In this document: in pieces, positions 23,872-36,041 of the stretch
How positions within the stretch are numbered: position 1 is the stretch's first letter
Layout of the letters: every line of letters starts with the position of its first letter
From: Octopus bimaculoides
Taxonomy: Eukaryota
DNA length: 64,000 nucleotides
Assembly (NCBI RefSeq): GCF_001194135.2
Contig: NC_068993.1
Coordinates: forward strand, 32,703,415-32,767,414
Direction of reading: 5' to 3'
The notes under the pieces: generated by a model
The model's input: the letters and a program-made list of their open reading frames with translations, nothing else
Told to the model about the DNA's origin: nothing
The model's database searches: none
Program-made: the position numbers and the translations under genes

Positions 23872-25111
23872 TTAGGTTGTCAAGAAAGTTCTTGCAGTTT
23901 TTAACCTTTAAATTCAGATGCACATATCTCAGCTCAAACAAAACTTTATTAATCGAATTAAACACCATCGCAGTTAACATACTTTTGCCAACGCAAAACT
24001 AATTTAATAAATGCCAGTAGCATAAAAATCCTGTGTTCTGGTGGCAATGAAGTCACTGAAGGCGTGTTTGGCATCATCTTGATTTTTGAAGCATTTCTCA
24101 CGCAGGAAGTTGTCGAGATGCTTGAAAAAGTGGTAGTCGGTAGGTAAGAGGTCTGGTGAGTATGGCGGATGAGGCAGAGTTTCATAGCCCAATTCGTTCA
24201 ACTTCTGCAGGGTCAGTTGTGCGACATGTGGCCAAGCATTGTCATGGAAAAGAATTGGTCCTTTTCTATTGACCAATGCTGGCTGTTGTTGTCGGAGTTT
24301 CTTATGCATTTCATCCATTTACTGACAGTACTTCTCCGCTGTAATGGTTTCGCCTGGATCCAAAAAGCTGTGATGGACAAGACCGGCCACAGACCACCAA
24401 ACAGTCACCATGACCTTCTTTTGGTGCAACTTTGGCTTCGGGAAGTGCCGTGGAGCTTCATCGGTGCCCAGCCACTGAGCTGAGCATCGCCAGTTGTCGC
24501 AAAGAATCCACTTTTCATCGCAAGTCACAATCCGGTCGAGAAACAGGTCATTCTTGTTGCATAAAAGAAGGGAAGACGAAACTTTAAAACAGCATTTTTT
24601 TTTGGTTGTTGTTCAATCTGTGCGGCACCCATTTCTCAAGTATTTTTGTTTTTCCAATCTCTTTCAAGTGGTTGGAAATTGTTGTATACATTGCATCTAA
24701 TTCAGAAGCAAGCTCTCAAACAGTTGTGCGTTGATTGGCTTTGACTAAGGCTCTTATCATCTTCAACACTCTCGTCACCGCTACAAAATTTTTTGAACCA
24801 CCATTGTGCTGTATGTTCATTAGTGGTTCCTGGGCCAAACACATCGTTGATATCATGAGCTGCTTCAGCGGCTTTTCGGCCTAGCTTGAACTGGAATAAG
24901 AAAATTGTGCAAATTTGCTTTTTGTCCATGTGTTCAATGTTCTGGAAAAAATAGCCTAATTATTCAAAAAGAAAAAGAGTAACACAATTAGATAGAGCAA
25001 AAACGGGCTTTAAAATTATATATAAAGTCAAAGTAATTTAACAAAAATTAATTTGAAAATACATAATTTAAAACCAAAATTAAAAATTCCACAACTTTCT
25101 TGACAACCTAA
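23872..25111 (-). mobile_element. Full-length (1240 bp) defective mariner, Hsmar1/cecropia-like
   Basis: TIRs TTAGGTTGTCAAGAAAGTT at both ends, TA TSDs (23870-71 and 25112-13). Transposase motifs DKKQI, WVPH, TCDEKW, HDNA, YSPDL.PTDYH (DD34D). Frameshifts and a small deletion. Confidence 0.93.
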
Positions 25112-25440
25112 TATATAGATTAAATATACTTCCCCCTCCTCTTTCTCTAAAGTAACAGTGTAATTGCTTCTAAATGTAACCTCTTATGGCATAACTGAAG
25201 TGTATTTGTTCAGGCTCACTAGCATTATTTCCTGTTGTCTTCTCCATGTAGACCTGAAACATAAGGTGTTAAATGTAAGAGTAAATAGATGTGGTAACAT
25301 TTATGTATCTCCTACAGGCATAAAAAACATATGTGCATGTCAATGCATCAGACATCGAATAAAATGTACAACTTTGTTGTCAATATAAATTAATTTCCTG
25401 TTTGTCTCACAGTCTTTTTTTTTAAATTCCACCATCATAG

Positions 25441-25637
25441 ACTTCGGTTGCCCAACTGGGTGAAGACAGAAATTCCAATTGGCAAAAGCTACAGTGAAAT
25501 AAAGGCAAGTTTACGGAACAAGAAATTACACACAGTATGTGAAGAGGCCAAGTGTCCAAACATTGGAGAATGTTGGAGTGGAGAAAAAGGTACAGCCACT
25601 GCTACTATTATGATCCTTGGAGAATTGTGCACACGAG
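25441..25637 (+). CDS. LIAS: Lipoyl synthase coding exon 2
   Basis: AG 25439-25440, GT 25638-25639. [12 protein letters not shown]...[16 protein letters not shown] (CX4CX5C auxiliary cluster motif)...ATATIM...CTRG. Confidence 0.95.
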
Positions 25638-25864
25638 GTTTGTTTCTTCATTCTTATATAATATTCATTTATTTGATTGAAGTGTTAGACCATTGGAGAA
25701 AATGCTTGGTTCCAAATTTTTACACCCTAAGTTCAGATCCCACCAAGGATCTTTCATCTTTTCAGGATCAATAAAATAAAGTACTAGTTAAGAACTGATA
25801 TAATCTAACCCCTTCCCCTCAAAGTTGCTGGCCTTGTGCCTAAATCAGAATATTATTGTTATTA

Positions 25865-26073
25865 AGGCAGCAGCAAGCTGGTAGAATCATTAGCACTTCA
25901 GGCAAAATGCTTAGCATTTGGTCTGTCTACATTCTGAGTTCAAATTTCGCTGAGATCAACTTTGCCTTTCATCCTCTCAGGGTTGATAAATTAAGTACCA
26001 TTTGAGCACTGGGGTCAATGTAATCAACTTACCCCTCCTCTGAAATTGCTGGCCTTGTGCCAAAATTTGAAAC

Positions 26074-26124
<51 letters not shown>

Positions 26125-26320
26125 GATGGCAAGCTGGCAGAATCATTAGCATGCTGGGCAAAATGCTTAGAGGTATTTTGTCCATCACTATGTTCCGAGT
26201 TAAATTTTGCTGAGGTTGCTGTTGCCTTTCATCCTTTCAGGGTCGATAAATTAAGTACCAGTGGAACACTGGGGTCGGTGTAATCAACTGGTCCCCTCCC
26301 CAAATTTCAGGCCTTGTGCC
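25865..26320 (+). mobile_element. Two head-to-tail family A SINEs separated by (ATT)n
   Basis: Both start gcaagctgg.agaatcattagc. The (ATT)n tail at 26094-26122 runs directly into the next head. Confidence 0.8.
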
Positions 26321-26451
26321 TTTAGTATGGCGGTTCTCAACCATTTTTTTTTTTTTACCTATGAACCCCTTTGATTCCTGTTTTACTCAGATAAAGCCCC
26401 ATAGCTATTTGATGATTTTAAAATCCTATTATATTTTTATAATTAAATATT

Positions 26452-27144
26452 ATTACCTCTGCCAAGGAAGGAGGTTATGTTTTCATCGGCATTGGTTTGT
26501 CCATCTGTCTGTCTGTGTGCAAAATAGCTCAAAAAGTTGTGAACAGTTTTTGATGAAACTTGCAGGAAAAGTTGGTAAGGACACAAGGAACAGATGATGA
26601 AATTTTGGTAGTGATCTGGAATTTTTTATGGATTCTTGAAGGATTTTTCATTTGTTATATTTACTTTACATGAAGTATTAGTTACGTTCTTTGATTATCT
26701 CCCTTTAAAACACCTTCATCGTTTCCACTTAACCTATGGTGGCATTGCTGTTTCCAGTTTATTTTCGTTTCTCTATTAGTAATTATACTTGCGTATCTAT
26801 CTTAAAATGAGCTGCTTGGTGGAGGTCTGCAGAAGATGACATGACAAGCCTTGACTATTGGAATCGACTCAGAAATCTCAGGCTTTGCTCCCTCCACCAC
26901 TGCTGTGAAACTAGCTTGCTGTTGTCATTGATGTATTATAACTGCTTCAGATGATTCCTGTTTTTAAAGGGTTTCTTTTTTTAAAATCACATGGCTGTGT
27001 TTTGTTTTTTTTTTTAACCCTGCCAAGGAGGTTGTGTTTTTGCCAGCATTGATTTGGGAAATTGGGCAATTTCCAGCATGCGTGTATATGGGTAGAAATG
27101 AACTGCTTGGCGGAGGTCTGCGCTCTCCAAGTGCTTTTCAAGTT
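26452..27144 (+). mobile_element. Two Helentron-associated (HINE/DINE-like) elements
   Basis: Subterminal inverted repeats acctctgccaag (26455-26466) and cttggtggaggt (26815-26826); second element accctgccaag...cttggcggaggtctgcgctctccaagtgctttt. Confidence 0.55.
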
Positions 27145-28962
27145 AAGAATTGTATTAAAAAAATTGTTAAAATATTTTGTGCACTGTAGAGATATATCCA
27201 ATTTATTGCACATAGAATTTAACAACACAATCTTATATGGACCCCTAAGGGCCATATGGATCCTGGCTGAGAACCACTGCTTTAGTAGAAAGGATTATTA
27301 TTATTATGAAGGTAGCAAGCAGGCAGAATCATTAGTGTGCCAGACAAAATTCTTGACAGCATTTCTTCCAGCTCTTTATATTGTAAATTCAAGTTTCACC
27401 AAGGTCTACTTTGCTTTCATCCTTTCGGGTTTTGAAAGAATAAAGAACCACTCAAGTACTGGGGTTGATGTCTCCTCCCCTAAATTTCAATCTTTTCTGT
27501 TTGGCTACCAATTTCCAATCTCTTCAATTCCTGCTCGAATTGATTTCATATTCAGTGTAAATGATATGATTTTATATGCTAATCACTACTTTGAAATTCA
27601 TTTTCGCAATAAATCAATAAATAAAGAGTTTTTAGCTTTTAAAGTTTGCAATTTTGGAGTAATTTTAGCCAACCGTAAGCCACAGACACATTCATGCCTG
27701 TTTCCATAGTAACAAGCCAAACATGAGAACTCTTTTGTCAGTGAGAGAGCACGTGTGTTGACAAATATATTCTACGTTAAAGCATGTGCTGTGTTCTGTT
27801 GCCTGTACTCTGGTCGAGAGAAGTGCTAAAAATAACTGCCAAATAGGCCTTAAATCACGCCCCACCCCCACCCCACCCCAGTTTCTTTTTCTTTTTTTCT
27901 TTTTTTTTGCATAATTGTATGAATTCCCAAGTGCAGAATACAAATTCACAAAATTTTTATGAAAATTCCAAAAAATAAAGAAGTTATGAGGGGTTATATG
28001 TCATGCATAAAGCAGAAGTTGATTTATTTACAATTTCATATTAAAACACGTCACGCACAAAATGACAGCTTCCAAATCCTGTTTTCTGACTGGGTGAAAA
28101 TTATCAAAATTTAAACCTATTTTTCTTGAAAAAAAGTGAAATATCTTCTGAGATTCAATTTGGAAAAGTACACTAATGAACCAAATTTTAAAATTTTCAA
28201 TAAACTGGAGTTTCTTTGTAATTCTAAAGTAGAGTACATTTGGATCTAAGCCTTTGTTTTGGGGGGATTTTTTCCCTCTTTCCATAGAGTATAGGTACAT
28301 TCTAGGAGGGCTGTCTGATAGCAGTTCTTTGATTTCCATTCCATATCAAGTTTTCACAATTCTTAGGGAGTATTCTTACATCTATATTATAAATACTCAC
28401 CATTTTAGTCTTCAGGCGTTAATGCTTGGACATTATTCCACTACAAACCACATCAATTTGTAAACAAAATCTAGATCCATCAACTTTAATAATAAAACTC
28501 ATCATTTCACTTTTTATCTCATTGTCTGAACATTTTGCATGTTCCAGTCACACCATATCTGTTTATTATTCTGGGTTTGATAGTGTTTTTGTTGATTTAA
28601 CCAACTATAACCACCACCATCGCTACCATCCCACCCTAAAATATTTTTAGCTTTGTACAATTAAACAAAAACCTGTATTGCAGCTGTTTGCCAAAATCAG
28701 TAGATCAACAACTGACCTACAGTGTTGACTTATGTCCCCTTATGTTTGCAGTTCAAATCTCCTCACGATTAACTTTGCCTTACTCACTTCCATGGTCAAT
28801 AAAACAGATCCCGTAAACCTTCTCCCAAAATATATGGCTTATAGTGTGCTTATGTTTTGTAACAACACCTGTGCATATGTTTTTAATGTTGGATGCATGG
28901 ACCTCGGTGCCACATAACCCATGCAAGTGAGCCGTTTGTATTATCACTTGTATATGCATATA

Positions 28963-31602
28963 CAGGCATACTTCACTCTACATCGTTAATTGGTTTCAGG
29001 AGACATGATTTAAGTTGAATTAACTTGTCTCTAGGCTAAACCGATAATAACCATTCCCAGTTCTGTACTTTATTTATGAATGCATTTTCAATAATACATG
29101 GTTAATAAAAACCAAATTTAAGCTTACAAACAAATAATTTTAATTTTTTAATACAGTACAGTAAAAAAAGAGTAATCTAAATTTACAAATACAATCTGGC
29201 GGTGTTTACTGTACATCGCGGACGCTTTATTTATGAAAGCAGTTTGCAATAAGACATGGTAAAATTAAAACCTTTTTTAAGATTAAAAAACAAATTCAGT
29301 AATTATTATTATTTTGCAATAGTAAAAAGAACAAAATTATTTTTAATTTACCAACACGTATATACAATTTGGTGGTTCACATCACAAATGTAGATGACTG
29401 TGGATCGTCAACATCAACAGCTGATTCTGGCTGTTCTTGTTGTTCGATGCGCTTAAAAAACCAGTTGAAAGTTCCTTGAACTGTCTTCTTCTTTTCCTCA
29501 AGGATTACATTATAAAGAGCAAAAGCTTCATGACATGCCCCTATAATCTTGGAAAAGCGTTGAGCATTTGGATCCATATCCTTGAACGTGGAAAGAATTT
29601 TTTTTTTTGATATATGCAAATTCTTGCTGTATTTTCTTAATGGTAAAGTGATGTGGTTCAGGTTCGACTTCCTCTTCTTCTTTATTTGCTGCTCATGAAA
29701 CGCTCTCAAATCCTCGTTCCTCAGAGGCTATTTGTCTTTTTCAAATATATCTGTGAAATCCTCCTCCTCCAAATCCATTTCCAGTTCTTTGCTCATAGTT
29801 ACCAACGTTTTGTTGATGACAACATTATCAAACCCCTTAAAATCAGTCATGAATTGCAGACATAGCTTCTTCCATACCCCATGCTCTGTACATCATTCCA
29901 TGCTGCTGCTATATTCTGTACAGCCTTGTAGATATTATATCTCTTTCAAAAGTCACTAAGTGTGATGGACTCATCAAGATCAGTTGCAGCTATTGCTTGC
30001 CGCAACATGTTTCATATAGTAATGCTTGAAAATAGCAATTATTCTCTGAGCCACTGGCTGCAGAAAAGATGTGGTGTTTGGAGGGAGGTATACGATGGTA
30101 CCATTGGAGTCGAAATCTACAATGCTTTGTGGGTGGCCAGAAACATTATCTAAGATAAGTAAAACCTTAAAAGGAACCCCCCTTCTCTTTACAGTACTTC
30201 TCTGCTGCTGAGATAAAATGATTGAAGAACCAATCTTCAAAAACAACAGCAGTAACCCATGCTTTTGAATTAGCCATCCATATAACAGGGAGAGATGCCT
30301 TGGATATGTTCTTCAAGGCACAAGGGTTGTGTGCATGATACACAAGCAATGGCTTTAACTTAGAATTTCCTGCACAATTACCTCCCAACATAATGGTCAG
30401 ACATTCTTTTGAGACCTTATAGCCTGGAATAGTTTTCTCTTCCTTGGAAATGAATGACAATTTTTTCCAATACGATCCAGTTTTGTTAAAAATCTGTTCG
30501 GGAAGAAATCCATTTTCTTTGATGATATTCTTTAATGCATTAGGAAATTCCGCTGCTGCTTGTTAATCAACTGATGCACTTTCATCTTGCTTCTTAATGG
30601 AGTGATAACTTCTTCGCTTCTTAAATCTCATAAACCATCTTTAACTTGCCTTGAACTCTACTGTTTCTCATCTGGATATTTTTTCTTCAGGTCCTCAAAC
30701 GAAGACAATGCTTTCTCTTAAATGATTTCTTGACTAATAGTAGCATGCTGACAATTCAACCTAACAATCCGAAGAGAAAGAAGACTTTCCATTTCTTCAA
30801 AGATTTTGCCTCTTTTCTTATTGATATTTGGAATGCAGATTTGTTTACTCAGTTTATCAGCTACTTTCTCATTCTCATTTATTCTTATTTCTTCAAAGAT
30901 TTTGCCTCTTTTCTTATTCTTCATCCCTGGGGCTTCAGATTTGATGTGTGTTAAAATCTTGTCCTTATTATGTACAATTGTCGATACAGTTGTCTGACTC
31001 ATACCAAAAGATCATGCAATTGCTACCACTTTTTCACCTTTTTCATGGCATTTTATTGTAGCCAGTTTATCTTCCAGCATTATAGCATGATGCTTAGCAC
31101 TTTCGTTATGAATTTTCTTAGGAGCCATGGGGGAAAAAAATAAAGTCACAAACAAATGAGAATGAGAAAGTAGCCAATAAACCGACGTAAACAAATCTGC
31201 ATTCAAAACAATCGCAGGAATCACAAGTGACAATGATGCCTAATGGTAGATATTGGAACTACAGTATAATATGAGCTCCAAAAGACCGATAAATAAGACA
31301 ACACAGCTAATTTCATGATTTCGTTCACTAAGACTACTTTATGGTGTATATCTTAACATTTACTGTATGTATTTTAATATGATTTTATATGCTTTTATTC
31401 TTAATTTATTGTACAGTAACATGAATTTATGTGCTTTTAACGATTTTCTAGTGATTTTACGATTCCAATATTTGTGGTGAACAGACGTAAAATTGAGTAA
31501 AATGACTTAACTTGATATTTATTTTTCCTTATATTATTTTTGAAAACCGACGTATAAGCAAGAACAAATTAAATCAAAACGACTTAAGCCAAGGTATGCC
31601 TG
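28963..31602 (-). mobile_element. Full-length defective Tigger/pogo DNA transposon (2640 bp)
   Basis: TIRs CAGGCATAC with TA TSDs. Minus-strand CENP-B-type HTH and DDE_1 remnants (KPLLVYH..NP, W.AN.KAWVT, LILDN..GHP, LPPNTTS.LQP). Confidence 0.88.
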
Positions 31603-31924
31603 TATATACAAATTTATTAAAATTGTTCTATAAATTCAATGTTCAGTCTTTAAAATGCGTATAAAACTGACATGACAGTGAATGTATAAGCTGTATTGAA
31701 ATCTAAACTCAACATTTTTAGTCTTGGTTCTTATCCGCAAGCTGATTCCCTTTTTTTAAAGATGGAAATATATACTTCCTAAGTATTTCAGACAATGAAA
31801 TATCAACCTCTATTATTATTGGTCTAGTGCAAGCTTAGCCATGTCATTACTTTATGTTTAATGTCGAACTCTTGAATTAAAACTTGCAACCACTGGTACA
31901 ATCTTGCCCGCTTGCTCTTTTATG

Positions 31925-32608
31925 TGGCAAGCTGGCAGAGTCATTAGCACACCAGGCAAAATGCTTAGTGACATTTCATTCATCTTTGCGTTCTGAGTTC
32001 AAATTCTGCATAGGTCAACTTTGCCTTTCATCCTTTCAGGGTCATTAAAATAAGTGCTATTTGAGCACTGGGATCAATGTAATTGACTTACTCCCTCCCC
32101 TGAAATTGCTGGCCTTGTACCAAAATTTGAAACCATTATTATTATTATTATTAGCACTGAGCTGGAAGAATTACTAGAGCATTGGACAATATGCTTAGAG
32201 ATATTTCTTCTGATTCTTTGTTCTTTGTTCAAATTCAACTGAAGTCATCTTTGCTTTTCATCCTTCCAGGGTCAATAACATAAAGTATTGGTCAAGTACT
32301 TGTGACAGTGTAATTGAGTTACCTACTCCTCCTAAAACAGTTGGTCTTGTGCCAAAGTTTGAAAGAATTATTATTAGGCAAGCTGGCAGAATCATTAGCA
32401 TGCCGGGTGAAATGCTTAGCAGTATTTCACCCATCATTACATTTTGGGTTCAAATTCTGCCATGATTGGCTTTGCCTTTCATCTTTTTGGGGTCAATAAA
32501 TTCAATTCAGTACCAGTGAGACACTGGGGTCGATGTAATTGACTAATCCCCTCCTGCAAAATTTCAGGCTTTGTGCCTTTAGTAGAAAGGACTATTATTA
32601 TTATTATT
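31925..32608 (+). mobile_element. Three head-to-tail family A SINEs
   Basis: Three successive gcaagctggcaga/gagctggaaga heads, each following the previous (ATT)n tail. Confidence 0.8.
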
Positions 32609-33846
32609 CAGTAGTTTTATTTTTATAACGTGCTTTCACTTCACTACCGAGCGCAGCTCTGTGCGCCTTGGGTATGTGCTGTGGTTTGCTGTGGTGCTCT
32701 TATGTTTACTGTATTGAAAGTGTTTTGCGTAGGATGTGTGCAGTACCCAGTAGTGCAATTTTCTGTATGTTATATATATTTGTAAGTCCTGCTATTTTTG
32801 TTATGTATTTGTCTGAATATTTTTTTATTATACCTAAGGCACCTACTATGATAGGAATTGTTTCTGTTTTNNNNNNNNNNNNNNNNNNNNNNNNNNNNNN
32901 NNNNNNNNNNNNNNNNNNNNNNNNNNNNNNNNNNNNNNNNNNNNNNNNNNNNNNNNNNNNNNNNNNNNNNNNNNNNNNNNNNNNNNNNNNNNNNNNNNNN
33001 NNNNNNNNNNNNNNNNNNNNNNNNNNNNNNNNNNNNNNNNNNNNNNNNNNNNNNNNNNNNNNNNNNNNNNNNNNNNNNNNNNNNNNNNNNNNNNNNNNNN
33101 NNNNNNNNNNNNNNNNNNNNNNNNNNNNNNNNNNNNNNNNNNNNNNNNNNNNNNNNNNNNNNNNNNNNNNNNNNNNNNNNNNNNNNNNNNNNNNNNNNNN
33201 NNNNNNNNNNNNNNNNNNNNNNNNNNNNNNNNNNNNNNNNNNNNNNNNNNNNNNNNNNNNNNNNNNNNNNNNNNNNNNNNNNNNNNNNNNNNNNNNNNNN
33301 NNNNNNNNNNNNNNNNNNNNNNNNNNNNNNNNNNNNNNNNNNNNNNNNNNNNNNNNNNNNNNNNNNNNNNNNNNNNNNNNNNNNNNNNNNNNNNNNNNNN
33401 NNNNNNNNNNNNNNNNNNNNNNNNNNNNNNNNNNNNNNNNNNNNNNNNNNNNNNNNNNNNNNNNNNNNNNNNNNNNNNNNNNNNNNNNNNNNNNNNNNNN
33501 NNNNNNNNNNNNNNNNNNNNNNNNNNNNNNNNNNNNNNNNNNNNNNNNNNNNNNNNNNNNNNNNNNNNNNNNNNNNNNNNNNNNNNNNNNNNNNTGTTTT
33601 GTGGCTATTTGTATTAGTTTCCCTTGCTTCTGGAGTAGGTATTTTTGCAGTCCTATAGTGGTTATTTTATAATAGTTTTCTAGCTGTATAAGACCCCTGC
33701 CACCTTCTGTGCGTTGTATATATAGCCTTTCTATGTCAGATTTTGGGTGGTGCATCCTATATCCTGTCATTATTTTTCTTGTTTTCCTGTCTATTTTACA
33801 TAGTTCGTTTAGTGTCCAGTTAAGGATGTTGTAGCTGTAGCTACAA

Positions 33847-33848
<2 letters not shown>
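32609..33848 (-). mobile_element. 5'-truncated Dong/R4 copy spanning an assembly gap
   Basis: MHHPKSDIERLY...GGRGL and TIPIIVGALG...QKIALLGT on the minus strand. Same 3' end as the copy at 10437. (ATT)n on both sides. Confidence 0.88.
32871..33594. other. Assembly gap (N run)
   Basis: 724 N. Confidence 0.99.
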
Positions 33849-33898
<50 letters not shown>

Positions 33899-34413
33899 TC
33901 TATGGATTGGATAAGTTTGCACTGTGGCATCTTTCCATAATTGTTTGACCCTATGTCAACTTGTCTCTTGTTAGACCTCACATCTGGTCTATCTGTGCAG
34001 TATATTTGTTTCTCACTGACTCACGTGTTGATAACTTTAAGAACCATATCTTATTTCTTTTTACCTTTCCTCATATCTTCATTATTTTACACCCCTTATT
34101 CTTTCTTTATTTTGTTGCTGGCAGGGATTGAAGAGGTCTGCTCTAACACATCTTGCATTTTAGTGTGGTCCTTTCTCGTCTGATAAACTCAACAACAGTG
34201 AAAACAAGCAACCTTTATAGTTGCCTCATATACTTTTGGTTTTGATACCCTTCCTACCACTAACCATTTCACAGTGTGGACTGTGTACATCTAATCATTC
34301 CACCAGTTGTTATCTGCAACAAGACTAAAGAATCACCTTTACCTTGCACCAGTTTTTAATCTTTTCTTTAACAATTTTAAATTGCATTCTAATACAATAT
34401 TATTATTTTGCAG

Positions 34414-35105
34414 GATGCCGTTTCTGCTCTGTGAAAACTTCACGAGCTCCTCCTCCACCGGACACAGATGAACCAGTGAATACAGCCAAGATCATCGCAT
34501 CTTGGCTAGTAGATTATATCGTAATAACTTCAGTAGACCGTGATGATATCGCAGATGGTGGAGCTGCCCATTTTGCTGAAACAGTAAAGCAGGTGAAAAC
34601 CCACAAGCCAAAAATTCTAGTGGAATGTCTTACCTCTGACTTTCGTGGTAACTTAGAATCTGTTGAGAAAGTTGCTAACTCAGGATTAAATGTTTATGCT
34701 CACAATGTAGAAACAGTTAAAGACTTCCAGTGGCTTGTGAGAGATCCTCGTGCTAATTATGACCAATCAATGAAGGTTCTAGAACATGCCAAAAATACTA
34801 ACCCAAAGTTAATCACAAAAACATCTCTTATGTTAGGATTTGGAGAATCTGATGATCAAGTTTTACAAACAATGGAGGACTTGAGGAAAATAAATGTGGA
34901 TTGTTTGACATTGGGTCAGTATATGCAACCGACAAAACGACACATTAAAGTGAAAGAATATATTCACCCAGATAAATTTCAATATTGGAAAGAAGTCGGT
35001 GACAAATTAGGATTTGCTTACACTGCTAGTGGCCCATTAGTAAGATCCTCTTATAAAGCAGGAGAATTCTATCTGAAAAATTTGGTGAAAAAGGCAGCCT
35101 CTTAG
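34414..35105 (+). CDS. LIAS: Lipoyl synthase coding exon 3 (radical SAM core, stop codon)
   Basis: AG 34412-34413. Completes CTRGCRFC (CX3CX2C) and contains TSVDRDD, HNVETV, GQYMQP and RSSY; TAG at 35103-35105. Spliced CDS 194+197+692 = 1083 bp, 360 aa. Confidence 0.96.
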
Positions 35106-35164
35106 TTGAGAAGCTAGTCAGAAATTTCCTTCATACAGGTATCATATTTAATGAATTTATTGTT

Positions 35165-35170
35165 AATAAA
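35165..35170 (+). terminator. Probable LIAS polyadenylation signal AATAAA
   Basis: AATAAA 60 nt after the stop codon, followed by GT/T-rich sequence. Confidence 0.5.
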
Positions 35171-35279
35171 ATCTGTTAATTCTACCGGGTTTGTGTACAT
35201 TTTCTGCATTTCATAACTGTTAATTTGATGGAATTTTACAGACTGTTAGCTTTGTCTTTTTATGGTGCATATTTAGTGG

Positions 35280-35570
35280 TTAGTGGCACTCCATTACTTA
35301 TGATGACAAGGGTTCCAGTTGATCCGATCAACAAAATAGCTTGCTCATGAAATTAACGTGCAAGTGGTGAGTACTGCACAAACACATGTACACTTAACAT
35401 AGTTCTTGGGGAGATTCAGCATGACACAGGAGGTGACAAGGCTGACCTTTTGAAATGCAGGTACTATTCATTTTTGCCAGCTGAGTGAACTGGAGCAATG
35501 TGAAATAACATGTCTTGTTGAGGGACACAACACACTGCTAGGAATCTAACTCGTGAGCCAAATACCCTCC
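35280..35570 (-). mobile_element. SINE, family C (tRNA-derived head on the minus strand)
   Basis: ttgccagctgagtgaactggagcaatgtgaaata...tcttgttgagggacacaac is the reverse of a typical SINE post-tRNA segment. Related fragments near 38330 and 44370. Confidence 0.55.
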
Positions 35571-36041
35571 AGTATGTATGACTATACTATGGAGTATCTA
35601 TTTATAGTATGTACAGCTATACCACTGTATATATATATAGTTACACTATCTTTAAAGAGTATATTTATAAAATGTATCACTACACCATAATTTAAAGGGT
35701 ATATTTACATTATGTATACCTTCATTACATTAAAAGTGTATAGTTATTGTATGTATAGCTGCATTACATTTCAAATGTTTGGTTTCTGATTGTCACCAGG
35801 TCTTATTTCAGGAGATATACAAAATACTTGACTGGATTAAAACTAGAAAACTTTTATTTCTAAACTAAATGTAATACAATAATTTTATAGTTTCATCCAC
35901 TCACATTACTATTAACCTTACTTTAAGCGTAAAGATTCCTAGTTCAGATTTAGTCTGGATTGTCTGAGAAGTCATCTAACAAGAATGACTGGAATTAAAC
36001 TGACTAAAATGTTGTGTGTGTGTATATGCACATATAATATA

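Noticed and set aside
27062-27709. 215-aa ORF
   Set aside because: It runs across a HINE end and a SINE inside LIAS intron 2, with no recognisable domain.
32668-33770. Long ORFs of 250-350 aa
   Set aside because: They are open only because they span N gaps; the same applies to 43362-44232 and 48060-48456.
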